Positions 48,218 to 58,171 of a DNA stretch of 64,000 nt are shown here, in pieces (position 1 is the stretch's first letter; each line of letters starts with the position of its first letter). The notes beneath the pieces were generated by a model. The model made no database searches. It was not told where the DNA came from and saw only the letters and a program-made list of their open reading frames with translations. A program made the position numbers and the translations under genes. This stretch comes from Rubripirellula sp. (GTDB taxonomy: Bacteria; Planctomycetota; Planctomycetia; Pirellulales; Pirellulaceae), in assembly GCA_965216875.1 (NCBI GenBank), contig OZ244207.1, forward strand, positions 5,568,001-5,632,000. The letters are read 5' to 3'.

Positions 48218-49017
48218 GCAGAAAGAAGAACAAAAAACAACCAGAGCAGGCAAGTCGTTTTCCCGTTGCCTTGTTGGCGGCCGTGTTTTTGCCACTCGTC
48301 GGCTTCACCGCCTATTCGACGATGCGTCAGCGGCCAGCGATCGAGGTGGCGGACGCTCCGCTTGCGATTCAAGCGCGCAACCAGGATGTGACCAGTGGTG
48401 GCATCGTGCGGCCTAAGACTGATGTCATGGTTCGTGGTGATGTTTCCGAAGTGGTCCAGCAGGTTCGCGAAATGCAAGAGGCGAGTTGGCCCACCGGATC
48501 TATCGAGGACCATTTGGACGAACTTCCAGTTCTCGATAAATCAATGAACGCCAACGTCAAGAACACAATCGAAGCGATCGAAACGGGCACGCATCCAGAG
48601 CGTTTGACACCAGTGATCCTGCCCAAAAAATTCGACCTCGCAGCGTACAAGGCGAACCCACAGGCTTACCTTGATGTCGTTGAACCGGGCCGAGTGTTTC
48701 AATCGGCCCAGCCTGGACGAGGTGTTCCCACCATCGGGTCGGGAAGTTCGATGTTTCAAACGCTCAAGCAAGGAGAGGCCGTTCGGCTTCGCGTCTTGAC
48801 CGAGCCTGGAGCACCGGTTAGTTGGACCTCATTCGACCTCGGGGCATTTGACAATCATCTTCCGTTGATCACCAAAGCAGCTAACGAAGAAGGTTGGGCC
48901 GAGGCAACGTTCACTGCAACCACGGGCACAACCGGCACGGTCAATATCCTGGCCGCCAGTCCGGTCGCGTCCGGACGTGTTGAATACGTCGTGACCATTC
49001 AAGAGCCGCAAGGCTAG
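48214..49017 (+). CDS. Membrane-anchored protein with C-terminal Ig-like domain
   Basis: Basic N-terminus plus one TM; C-terminal VRLRVLTEPGAPVSW..ANEEGWAEATFTATTGTTGTVNILAAS; GTGA overlap with the glycosyltransferase. Confidence 0.72.
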   Translation: MSRKKNKKQPEQASRFPVALLAAVFLPLVGFTAYSTMRQRPAIEVADAPLAIQARNQDVTSGGIVRPKTDVMVRGDVSEVVQQVREMQEASWPTGSIEDHLDELPVLDKSMNANVKNTIEAIETGTHPERLTPVILPKKFDLAAYKANPQAYLDVVEPGRVFQSAQPGRGVPTIGSGSSMFQTLKQGEAVRLRVLTEPGAPVSWTSFDLGAFDNHLPLITKAANEEGWAEATFTATTGTTGTVNILAASPVASGRVEYVVTIQEPQG

Positions 49018-49159
49018 TTGAAAACACAAATCCAATTGACGCTTGAATCGCAAGCGAGTGAATCTCGGTGTTTTTGCTGAGTCCTCGCAAACTACTTATT
49101 GACATCTAGCACACCATTCATCTTTGAGTTTTGGCACAGGACTCGTCTGGGGGACATCG

Positions 49160-52100
49160 ATGAATCCGCTTCGCAGGTTCGTAATTCGCTTGGTAGTGAT
49201 GGTCTTTGCGGCCGTATCAATTTGTTCGTATGGCTTCGCTCAAAACCCACCGCCACCTGAGATGGTGTGGGGCAATGTCAACTCTGAAGATGCAACACCG
49301 AGTCCGATCATTCGCCAGCCCGACATGCGAACCGCCACCGCTAATTCGGCCGTAAACGGATGTATGAACAAGGCCTGTGTGAGCGAGTGTCCGCCGCCTG
49401 CTGGGATTTCGGATGTATCCGGTTGGAATCCCTATGACTCTGGCCCGTTCGTAAGCGACTGGAATCCAAGTGGTTCGGGGCCACTTGGTCGAGGTGGCTG
49501 GAATCCAAGTGGTTCGGGGCCACTTGGTCGAGGTGGCTGGAATCCAAGTGGTTCGGGGCCGCTTGGTCGAGGTGGCTGGAATCCAAGTGGTTCGGGGCCG
49601 CTTGGTCGAGGTGGCTGGAATCCAAGTGGTTCGGGGCCACTTGGTCGAGGTGGCTGGAATCCAAGTGGTTCGGGGCCTCTTGGATGTGGAAGCGGGTCAT
49701 GTGGCTCAGGCGGACGCTCGGGTGGAGCGGGGATTCCGGCCAACCAGTCTCCTTTCTATTTCAGCACGATCACTGGTGGTGCCAACGGAAGACCTCTCCG
49801 GCAAGGCACAATCAACGGTATGTCGATGATCGAAGGATTCGGTCTCGACTACATGCACTGGGCCGACGACATCGTGCCGCGGATTCGTGGTGACATTGGT
49901 GTTCGACGTTTTCACCGCCCTCGTTTCAGCGCATGTGGTTCAAGCTTTGGCCCAATGGTGATGAGCAACTGGGATCTGAGACTCTACTTTCACCTCTACT
50001 ACGGCGGCGATACTTCGGTTGGCTACACGCAGATCTATGTGCGTGATCCAATCGCCCAGACACCTTACCGCCTCAATCACATCAGCTACGGCACTTACAA
50101 CGAAGGCGGGCACAACCTTCTAGCAGCAGACAAGGGAAAGTTTGTTCCCCAGACGGCAGGTACGATTAAAGAGGCGTGGGTGGGGCCAGAGCTCCCAGAT
50201 TCAAATACCGTTTGGGACTACAACCCTCAAGCAAGCTCAATCAATTCGAGCAACTTCTTCCTAGCACACGAAGACGTTCGAACGGCCACGATGACGGGCT
50301 GGGATGGAGTGGTTTATGAGTTCGAGCTAATGAAGATTCCCGACCAGACCGCGTGGGAGCAAGTCCTCGACCAACAATGGTTGTACATGAACGGACTGCC
50401 TGGCTATTCCCAGGCGGCGTATTACGGCTCCGAAATCTACAACTACGTGATTCAAGGTCGGCTCACCAAAATCACCATCCCAGGCAATCGGTCGTACACG
50501 ATCAGCTACAAGAGCTGGACGCCGATGGAGATCTATGACTCGTGGGAGCGTGTTTGGCAGATTGACACCATTACTTCGGAAACGGGGCAAACACTGACCT
50601 ACACTTATGGTGCGCAAACAGTCGCCGGCCAGTGGGCTGTCAGCAACATTGCCAACAGCAATGGCAAATCAGCAAGCTACACCTACACCAATGACTACCT
50701 TTCGCAGGTCACACGAAGCGACGGCACGACATCAAGTTTTACCAACGGCTTCGATTCCGTGGCCAATGCCGCGTCGATTGAATTCGATGATCCCGCAGCC
50801 GAAAACGGACATCGCAAGAAGACCATTCTGCTGTCGTCATCATCTGCGGGGACAAGTGGATTCTACTTCGCGGGTTCGATGAACTTGATTCGATCCGTTG
50901 TCAATGCCGCTGGCGAAGTAGCCTACGCGAGCATTCCGGTCATGAACTATTCCGCGCCGAGTGGGCAGGGTCTTTCGGTTTTCAACTATGTCGGCGGCGG
51001 CCGGATGATGCGCAACGTACCAGCGGGTGGGGCAAACCTGAATGCAACGGGCGCTTTTTGGCGGTGGTCTTCTTACATGGAAGGCGGCTGGCAAATGTCA
51101 GTCAATAATGGGGCGATGGAATTCACCGGCGACGCGGAATCTCCCATAGCCGTTCACGAAAGTACCGGTCTCTGGGGAACATTGGGCAATCTCTACCCCA
51201 CCACGGTTGACGAACGTGGCCTAACCCAGACGCACGAGTACGACAATGGCTGGCTCGTACGGACCAACTATTCCGACGGCTCGTTTGAAACATGGTGTCG
51301 TGATGGATCAGGACGTGTCACTCGTTACCGCGACCGCAACGGCAATGTAACGAAGTATGCGTACCACTCATCCGGCGCGTTGTCTCTGAAGGAAGTTGGA
51401 CTTACCGACCACCCAAGCAACGTTGACGTCCCGCCAACACAATACGGAAGCGGTACGCCCTACGACTATTGTGCGACGAACGACGTCCAGACTGCTGATC
51501 ATGCTGTCTATCAGTGGACGTACAACGCCGATGGACAACTACTCGCCAGTATCGACCCACTTACAAACCAGACTGACTACAACTATGACGCACAGGACCA
51601 ATTGATCGAAATCAAGGCTCCCCAGGTTACAGGTGAATCAGGTCGCGCCACCACGACGATGACCTACCATCCGTCCGGCAAGCTGAAAACGATGACCGAT
51701 CCTGTCGGAACGGTCATCGAGTACTTTTACGATGGCCAGGATCGCTTGATCAGCACTCTCTACGATGATGGCACAACCGATCGGACTGAATACGAAACGG
51801 GCACCAACGGCTTCGGGCTTCCCGCCAAGACCATTGACCGACTTGGCGTCGTCACCACTTACGAATACGACGCGGCGGACCGGTTGATCAAGAAGGTGGC
51901 CGCTGCGGCCCAGATGGACGGTGCGACCGAAACACCCACACCCGAGCTCGCCTCGACTTCCGAATGGAAATACCTCGAAGGAACAAACGACCCGATCGCA
52001 ACCCGCGTCGATGGCCGCGTGACGACCTACAAGTACGACTACCGCGGACGCCGAATCGAAACAAAGGTCTATTCGTCTGCTGGCGTTTCGAAGGTTGTTC

Positions 52101-55100
52101 AAAAGAGCAAATACATCAACAACCAACTCTTCCGCAGCGAGGATGCCTTCGGTCGCAAAACCTATTACGGCTACGATGCAAATGATGGTCGATTGATCCG
52201 AACCGTGGTGGGAACCGTTCCCGAGTTCGAAATCCCCGAAGAGGATCCGAGCGTCTCAAACTACGATCCAAACGATGCGGTTCTGGCATTGACCCGAGAC
52301 AGCCAGCCCAACGCAACCTACATCATCACCGACTCGATCTACGACGAATCAGGCAAGCTAGTTGAGAGCATTGACCCTCGCAATATCGCTACCAAGTACG
52401 AATATGATGATGCGGGACGGCAGACGGCTGTCATCGCAGCGGCAACGACAGGTGTCGAAACACGTCGCGAGACGGTCTACAACATCGCCGGTCAAGTGAC
52501 CGAAGTTCGGAGCCCCCGCTACTTTGATTCAAGCGATACCGAAGGCTATCAAAAAGCTTCGGAAACTTGGACCTATGACGAACGTGGCAGGCAGTCGACA
52601 CACACTGTTGCGCCAAACTCTGCAATCGCGGCAACCGAATCGTTCAAGTATGACCTGCTGGGTCGACAGATCGAAAAGACCGATTTCGCTGGCAAGCTCT
52701 GGAAGGCCCACTTTGAAGATTGTTGTGGCAAAGTCACGGGAAGTGAGAATCCACTTGGTCATGGTGCCATTAGTCGGCGTGACTCGTTGGGGCGTGTGAT
52801 CCATCAAGCCTCGCTCGAAACCTATTCGGACCATGTTGCGGCGCTCGACAATCCGGTCGATGCCAAAACACTGCGTGAGGTCACCACCCGATACGATGGA
52901 CGTGGTCGCCCGGTGGCAAGAACCACGTGGCTCGTCGCCCGAGGCGTTGTCGATGCAACCAATCCACCGATCGCGGGCCTAGATGGAGTCGCCGCCACAG
53001 ACGGTATTACTCAACAATACCTCTACGACGAAGACCTTACCGATGGCGTCGGTCTCGATTCCGCCACGGGCGCGTCTGTCGATCAGCTTGGCGGTGGAAC
53101 GTATAACGTTTCACTTTCGGCCGCGCTTGCCAAACTCGCCGACACCGAAGCCAACGGTGGCGCTGGCATCACCTTCAATGCAGATGCAATCGGTAGTGCG
53201 CGTGTCTCGATCAACGCTGAAGAGGAAATCAGCTTCAGCATCAGTGACGCAGCAGGGAAATCCGTCATGTCAGGCATCATCGAGCCACATGACGGAGCCA
53301 ATCCGAACTCGCTACTCAGTTGGAACGTCACTCCTGATCAAGCCACCACGAACTTGGCAGGCTATGGCACCGTAGTCGTTTCAAAGAGTGTCAACGCGTT
53401 TGGCAAATCCAACACTCAGCATAGTGACGCGGCCGGACGCACGATTCAATCGATAGATGCACTCGGGAAAATCACTTCGTACACCTACGACGCATCAGGA
53501 AATCTGCTTTCGGTGCGCGACCCAAACAACGTTGGTCAGGACTGCACCTACGATGCACTCGGACGTGGCCTGACCTGCACCGACACCGGTGGCGCATCGA
53601 CAAGCAGCACCTACGACGATGCCGGAAACAAGATCGTTTCGACCGATGCAGCGAGCAACAATACGACCTACACCTTCGATGCGCGTGGTCGCCAGATCAA
53701 ACAGACCGACCGCCTTGGTGGTGAAACGGAGTTCGACTACACCGCCACCGGCCAGCTAGCATCGCTTACTGATGCCGAGGATCAGGTCACCAGCTACACC
53801 TACGACGATGCCGGCGGCAAGCTTACCGAGACCTATCCCGACCACATTGGCGGAACGCCCGGACAAGCGGGCTACGGGATCGTCACCTTCACGCTCGATG
53901 CGACCGGACGCACACTTCGCAAGCAGGATCAGCTTGGTGATACGGTCACCTACAACTACGACCTCGCTGGTCGTCTAACGAGTCGCGACTATCGCACTGT
54001 CGCCAATAGCCCCTCTGGGACGATTGCTGACAGCGACACCTTCACTTATGACGCAGCCGGTCGCATGCTGACTGCAGCGAGTGGTCGCTATACCAACACC
54101 GTCACCTACACTTATGACGATGCCGGACGAAAAGCGACCGAAGCGCTCACCATTGCCGGTGTCACCTACACGACCACAACCGCCTACAACGCGGCCGGCC
54201 AGGTGACCGGATACACCTACCCCGACGGGACATCCGTCACGCGGACCTACACCGATCGCGGGCAATTGGCAACGATTGGGGTTGATAGCACGACCGTCGA
54301 CACCCGGACTTATGACGACGGAGGCCGAATGCTTACTAGCGTGTACAATAATGGGGTGACAGAGACACGTGCCTACAACTCCGATAACACGCTGGCCAGT
54401 ATCATGCATGCAGGTGCTGCAATCGGTAACTACACCTACGGCTGGGACAGCAACAAGAACAAGACTTCCGAAGCAATCACGGGAACGATGTCAGGTTATG
54501 GGTTTACAGTCGGCGCGAGCGGCTACGACGACGAAGATCGTCTGGTCAACTGGGAACGTGACGACTCAAACCTTGATCAATCATGGAACCTCTCTCTGGT
54601 GGGTGACTGGAACAGCATCACCGAAAACGGCAGCGTTCAAAGCCGGACGCATGGACCGGCTCATGAAATTCTCACTGTCGCGTCGCAGGCGATCACTCAC
54701 GACGCCAAAGGTAACATAACCTCGATCCCCGCAGTCCTCCGCAGCGGCTCCGATTCGCTGGCGATGTCCTGGGATTTTGATAATCGAATGACTGGAGCCG
54801 ACGTTGACAACGACGGTACCGACGACGTCACCTACCAATTCGATGCGCTTGGTCGCCGAGTTCATAGTGATGATGGCAGCACTGCCACGGTCTTCGTGCA
54901 AAGCGGTCAGCAAACGTTCGCCGACTACACGAGCGGCACGGCGGCCACGAGCCCAACTTACACCTACGTCTACGCCAGCTACATCGACGAACCGGTTTAC
55001 CGAGACGGCAGCGGCGGAGTGCGCTACTACCATCGCACCCAACAGTACTCGATCACCGCGCTGACCGATTCAAGCGGCACGATAAGAGAACGCTACGCCT

Positions 55101-55891
55101 ACAGCGCCTACGGCGAGCCAACCATCACCGATGCCGCCGGAGTCACACGCACATCCACCGCCGAAGGCAACCGCTACACCTACACCGGCCGTGAATGGGA
55201 CAACATCGCCGAACTCTTCCACTACCGAGCGAGGATGTACGACTCGGCGAGTGGCCGGTTCTGCTCCAGAGATCCGATTGGGTACTTTGACGCAAACAGC
55301 CTATATCAGTCGCGCATGTATTTGAATGCTCTTGATTCTCTGGGTTTGTGCTCGGTTGAATGCACACCATTTGCCAAAAAGGATGTGGCGGCAGTGCATT
55401 TTGGGATGCAAAGCTGGGATGTAGGAAATAATCCCGGTGCGGGAGATGACGCGGTGATTGATATTTGGACGATCGAGATTGCCCAAAAAATCCTGAACAT
55501 AATTGCAATACGTGGTGCTGGTTCGACTAAGAGCATTGATGACATCATCAAAGAGATTGTGGACGCTGGTGGCAATCCCTCTTCTAAGAATACGGTCGAT
55601 GCTATCGAACAGATATGGAGCAAGCGGCAAAAACTCGGAATCCGAAGACAATTCCAGGCTTTGTTCATCAAGGTGCGCGGAAAATGTTGCAGGCAAGGTA
55701 AATACCCTTGGTCGAGCAACTACTGGGATAAGTACGACTACTGGTATCGTTGTGATGCTGCCCAGAAAATCGACCTGACGCGTCCAGAAGATGTCGCTAA
55801 AAAGCTAGACCGCAACTTGCAACAATGCATTAAGAACGCAGAGGCTGCCTTCGATTGTAAGACACTGATGGGTAATGTGGCGAAAGGTTGA
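49160..55891 (+). CDS. Rhs/YD-repeat protein with Sec signal peptide and unknown C-terminal domain
   Basis: Signal MNPLRRF..SYGFA|Q; many YD repeats; core end ERYAYSAYG..RYTYTGREWD..FHYRARMYDSASGRFCSRDPIG..DSLGL. Confidence 0.95.
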   Translation: MNPLRRFVIRLVVMVFAAVSICSYGFAQNPPPPEMVWGNVNSEDATPSPIIRQPDMRTATANSAVNGCMNKACVSECPPPAGISDVSGWNPYDSGPFVSDWNPSGSGPLGRGGWNPSGSGPLGRGGWNPSGSGPLGRGGWNPSGSGPLGRGGWNPSGSGPLGRGGWNPSGSGPLGCGSGSCGSGGRSGGAGIPANQSPFYFSTITGGANGRPLRQGTINGMSMIEGFGLDYMHWADDIVPRIRGDIGVRRFHRPRFSACGSSFGPMVMSNWDLRLYFHLYYGGDTSVGYTQIYVRDPIAQTPYRLNHISYGTYNEGGHNLLAADKGKFVPQTAGTIKEAWVGPELPDSNTVWDYNPQASSINSSNFFLAHEDVRTATMTGWDGVVYEFELMKIPDQTAWEQVLDQQWLYMNGLPGYSQAAYYGSEIYNYVIQGRLTKITIPGNRSYTISYKSWTPMEIYDSWERVWQIDTITSETGQTLTYTYGAQTVAGQWAVSNIANSNGKSASYTYTNDYLSQVTRSDGTTSSFTNGFDSVANAASIEFDDPAAENGHRKKTILLSSSSAGTSGFYFAGSMNLIRSVVNAAGEVAYASIPVMNYSAPSGQGLSVFNYVGGGRMMRNVPAGGANLNATGAFWRWSSYMEGGWQMSVNNGAMEFTGDAESPIAVHESTGLWGTLGNLYPTTVDERGLTQTHEYDNGWLVRTNYSDGSFETWCRDGSGRVTRYRDRNGNVTKYAYHSSGALSLKEVGLTDHPSNVDVPPTQYGSGTPYDYCATNDVQTADHAVYQWTYNADGQLLASIDPLTNQTDYNYDAQDQLIEIKAPQVTGESGRATTTMTYHPSGKLKTMTDPVGTVIEYFYDGQDRLISTLYDDGTTDRTEYETGTNGFGLPAKTIDRLGVVTTYEYDAADRLIKKVAAAAQMDGATETPTPELASTSEWKYLEGTNDPIATRVDGRVTTYKYDYRGRRIETKVYSSAGVSKVVQKSKYINNQLFRSEDAFGRKTYYGYDANDGRLIRTVVGTVPEFEIPEEDPSVSNYDPNDAVLALTRDSQPNATYIITDSIYDESGKLVESIDPRNIATKYEYDDAGRQTAVIAAATTGVETRRETVYNIAGQVTEVRSPRYFDSSDTEGYQKASETWTYDERGRQSTHTVAPNSAIAATESFKYDLLGRQIEKTDFAGKLWKAHFEDCCGKVTGSENPLGHGAISRRDSLGRVIHQASLETYSDHVAALDNPVDAKTLREVTTRYDGRGRPVARTTWLVARGVVDATNPPIAGLDGVAATDGITQQYLYDEDLTDGVGLDSATGASVDQLGGGTYNVSLSAALAKLADTEANGGAGITFNADAIGSARVSINAEEEISFSISDAAGKSVMSGIIEPHDGANPNSLLSWNVTPDQATTNLAGYGTVVVSKSVNAFGKSNTQHSDAAGRTIQSIDALGKITSYTYDASGNLLSVRDPNNVGQDCTYDALGRGLTCTDTGGASTSSTYDDAGNKIVSTDAASNNTTYTFDARGRQIKQTDRLGGETEFDYTATGQLASLTDAEDQVTSYTYDDAGGKLTETYPDHIGGTPGQAGYGIVTFTLDATGRTLRKQDQLGDTVTYNYDLAGRLTSRDYRTVANSPSGTIADSDTFTYDAAGRMLTAASGRYTNTVTYTYDDAGRKATEALTIAGVTYTTTTAYNAAGQVTGYTYPDGTSVTRTYTDRGQLATIGVDSTTVDTRTYDDGGRMLTSVYNNGVTETRAYNSDNTLASIMHAGAAIGNYTYGWDSNKNKTSEAITGTMSGYGFTVGASGYDDEDRLVNWERDDSNLDQSWNLSLVGDWNSITENGSVQSRTHGPAHEILTVASQAITHDAKGNITSIPAVLRSGSDSLAMSWDFDNRMTGADVDNDGTDDVTYQFDALGRRVHSDDGSTATVFVQSGQQTFADYTSGTAATSPTYTYVYASYIDEPVYRDGSGGVRYYHRTQQYSITALTDSSGTIRERYAYSAYGEPTITDAAGVTRTSTAEGNRYTYTGREWDNIAELFHYRARMYDSASGRFCSRDPIGYFDANSLYQSRMYLNALDSLGLCSVECTPFAKKDVAAVHFGMQSWDVGNNPGAGDDAVIDIWTIEIAQKILNIIAIRGAGSTKSIDDIIKEIVDAGGNPSSKNTVDAIEQIWSKRQKLGIRRQFQALFIKVRGKCCRQGKYPWSSNYWDKYDYWYRCDAAQKIDLTRPEDVAKKLDRNLQQCIKNAEAAFDCKTLMGNVAKG
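49459..49683 (+). repeat. 39-bp coding tandem repeat (5 full units plus 30 bp), GGWNPSGSGPLGR
   Basis: Unit CTGGAATCCAAGTGGTTCGGGGCC[A/G/T]CTTGGTCGAGGTGG at 49459, 49498, 49537, 49576, 49615, 49654. Confidence 0.97.
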
Positions 55892-55892
55892 G

Positions 55893-56483
55893 ATGAAAGC
55901 AAGATTGGCACAGATGTTCGCCGTCTTTTTGGTGGTCTTTTCAATTCCACTAATACGTAGGCAATATCTGCAATGGGAATTCGAAAAAGCGAGGGAATCG
56001 TCGCTACGCAATACTTATAGCGTGGGATGGAAAACCGATTCGCCAGATCCGATGACAAGAGCGTTTGCGATTCGCCATGAAACTGTCGTTGATCGTATTG
56101 CAAGTGTGCAATTTCCTATTGCTGATGACCCTAGACTGATTTACGCCCTTTCGTATTCTGATTCTCTTGGTTGTTATCTTGTCGTTGACTGGTTAGGCAC
56201 TAATGAGGTCGAGGGCGTAAAGCTTGTGTTTAAGGAATCTAGTCATTACGTTGCATTTGGTGAAGGTGACCTTATTCCGAGAGAGTCAGCAAAGGGGCTT
56301 TATGTTTGGCGGAGTATCGAAATACCTCGCGAGTTGCCGTTCGCGATGTTGGACCACATCCAACTTGTCGGTCCAAACAATCAATCCATTGGCGCAGCTC
56401 TAAAGGATGTCGTTGTAGTACCAAGCAACTCGGGGACGGAGGAAGATAAAGGGAAGAGAAAAGGGGACGGGGGTCTTTTTTAA
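55893..56483 (+). CDS. Candidate Rhs immunity protein with N-terminal TM/signal
   Basis: ATG 1 nt after the Rhs stop; MKARLAQMFAVFLVVFSIPLI; AT-richer like the Rhs tip; role inferred from position. Confidence 0.7.
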   Translation: MKARLAQMFAVFLVVFSIPLIRRQYLQWEFEKARESSLRNTYSVGWKTDSPDPMTRAFAIRHETVVDRIASVQFPIADDPRLIYALSYSDSLGCYLVVDWLGTNEVEGVKLVFKESSHYVAFGEGDLIPRESAKGLYVWRSIEIPRELPFAMLDHIQLVGPNNQSIGAALKDVVVVPSNSGTEEDKGKRKGDGGLF

Positions 56484-56497
56484 GGGCTTGGCCGAAT

Positions 56498-56650
56498 CTA
56501 GGATGAAGTCTTTCTCGTTGATGGGAAGTCAGCACTGCCGAGACGAACTCGATCCTCCGCTGCTGTCGCCTTGGCCCATCCGTCGCTCACCCGACACACA
56601 ACCAAGAAGTGAGCATCGTCCTGAACTGGGAGATTTTTGAACCGGGTCGC
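56498..56650 (-). pseudogene. Remnant of a REP-associated tyrosine transposase (RAYT, Y1 family)
   Basis: RFKNLPVQDDAHFLVVCR resembles the RAYT segment RFKSFPVQ-D-H---CRY, broken at the catalytic Tyr position. Confidence 0.6.
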
Positions 56651-57249
56651 GCGCGTCAAGGCGGCTACACCGTTTGCCGGGAAGGCAAGAGTTTCTGCAT
56701 GAGAGCTAACCGCACCAATCAGAGATAGCGCTGCGCGCGGCCATTGAAAAACCGGCCGAAAACTTGCAGCTCCAGACCTAAGTGACCCGATCGAAGCCAG
56801 GAGACAGCTTCGAATCAACACAATGGTCTCGCTAGTGGTATGTCCCCATGTGCCCCATTTTGGGCGAGGAGTGCTTGCGGGGTCTTCCGCGAGGTCGGAT
56901 CGTGGACCATAGACCGAGCCGATCAGCAATCGATTCTGTCCAAGTAGCGTCTCCGAACGGGCGCTCTCGTTGGACACTGGTCCGAATAGCTTCACGCTCC
57001 CGGCGTTAATCGAAACCGGCAACCGGTTGCATAACCTCGTATGCAATCGACCCGGTCACAACGTCCCGTGACCATGCGGAAGGTCTTACCAAAGGAGTGC
57101 ACTGATTCGAGGGCAATGCGGGGGCGCGTCTTTGAGTGTTCGGAGGGGACTCGTTGCCTCGTCCACTACCATAATCTCGCCCACTACTAAGATGGCGACG
57201 GGCTATAATCGAGTCGGTGTATGTGAATCGGTTTGAATGGTCAGGCTTC

Positions 57250-57798
57250 ATGATTATGTACGGCAAGGCGAATTGCAGAGATCTCGCTCGCCCCAAAGCG
57301 TTTACGCTCCTTGAGATCATGGTGGTGGTTGCAATTCTTGCAATCGTGTCGGCGTCGGCTGTCTTGGCAGTTCGCCAACCTCTTGCCGACACCCAGCACG
57401 AACTCACCGTTTCAAAACTGCGATGGCTTGACTCGCTGGTAAGGGGGCGAGCCGAGCGGTTTGGTCAGGCGGCGCTCGAAATCGATGCTCAGCTCGGTTC
57501 GGCTAGCGTTTCGACCGGTATGGACCGATCGGGTCGTCGCGCGGTGGATCATAGGATGGTAGTCGACCAGCCAACGCACATTCACACTGTCTTGGGGCAC
57601 AACGAGAAATCGAACGAAGGCGTTTATCGAATCGTCTATAATCGTTTTGGCCGGTGTTCCTCCTACGCCATTGAGCTCGGTGACAAGCACTCGTCTCAGT
57701 GGCTGCTGGTGCTTGGATTGACCGGCCAGACGTACAACTTCGATGATCGGGGCAAGGTGGATGCGATTATTGCGGCCGAGCGGAATGACGCTGATTGA
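57250..57798 (+). CDS. Minor pseudopilin, GspH-like
   Basis: KAFTLLEIMVVVAILAIV; first gene of the right-hand gsp operon. Confidence 0.8.
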   Translation: MIMYGKANCRDLARPKAFTLLEIMVVVAILAIVSASAVLAVRQPLADTQHELTVSKLRWLDSLVRGRAERFGQAALEIDAQLGSASVSTGMDRSGRRAVDHRMVVDQPTHIHTVLGHNEKSNEGVYRIVYNRFGRCSSYAIELGDKHSSQWLLVLGLTGQTYNFDDRGKVDAIIAAERNDAD

Positions 57799-58171
57799 AG
57801 TCGTTGCCGGCATCGCGTTGCTGGGCACGCTCATGGTCGCTGTCTTGATAAGCGGTAGCCAACATCTACGTCAGTTGAAGGCGGCTGACCAGAAGCGGCA
57901 AGCTACAGCCAAGCTCGACGACTTTTTAGCTGCCTGGGCGTTGCAAAACTTTTCCGATGACGGTCTGTCGGTTGCAGCGGCTCGTGCTGGATTGAGCGTG
58001 GCTGACCACCCCGTTGCATCTGATTCGACGCAAACGTCCTATGTCGTGGAAGTAAGTCCACGCCCGGCGTTGATCGACGGCGGCAAAGTGCTGCGGCTCG
58101 ATGTTTCGGCTCAACGACCTAACGGAACACGCCGTCCGGCAGCTTGGGCAGAGATTCTGGTGGAACAATGA
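57761..58171 (+). CDS. Minor pseudopilin, GspI-like
   Basis: RPSG|MTLIEVVAGIALLG. Confidence 0.8.
   Translation: MRLLRPSGMTLIEVVAGIALLGTLMVAVLISGSQHLRQLKAADQKRQATAKLDDFLAAWALQNFSDDGLSVAAARAGLSVADHPVASDSTQTSYVVEVSPRPALIDGGKVLRLDVSAQRPNGTRRPAAWAEILVEQ

Noticed and set aside
49459..49683. CRISPR array (palindromic repeats of CRISPR-like length)
   Set aside because: Units are contiguous with no unique spacers, are a multiple of 3, lie in frame within Rhs, and no cas genes are present.
49160..55891. T6SS-delivered Rhs
   Set aside because: No PAAR domain recognised, no VgrG/Hcp/EagR nearby, and it has a Sec signal peptide.
56498..57046. 182-aa ORF as an intact gene or orphan Rhs tip
   Set aside because: Only a short RAYT-like piece is recognisable; no Rhs core motif.
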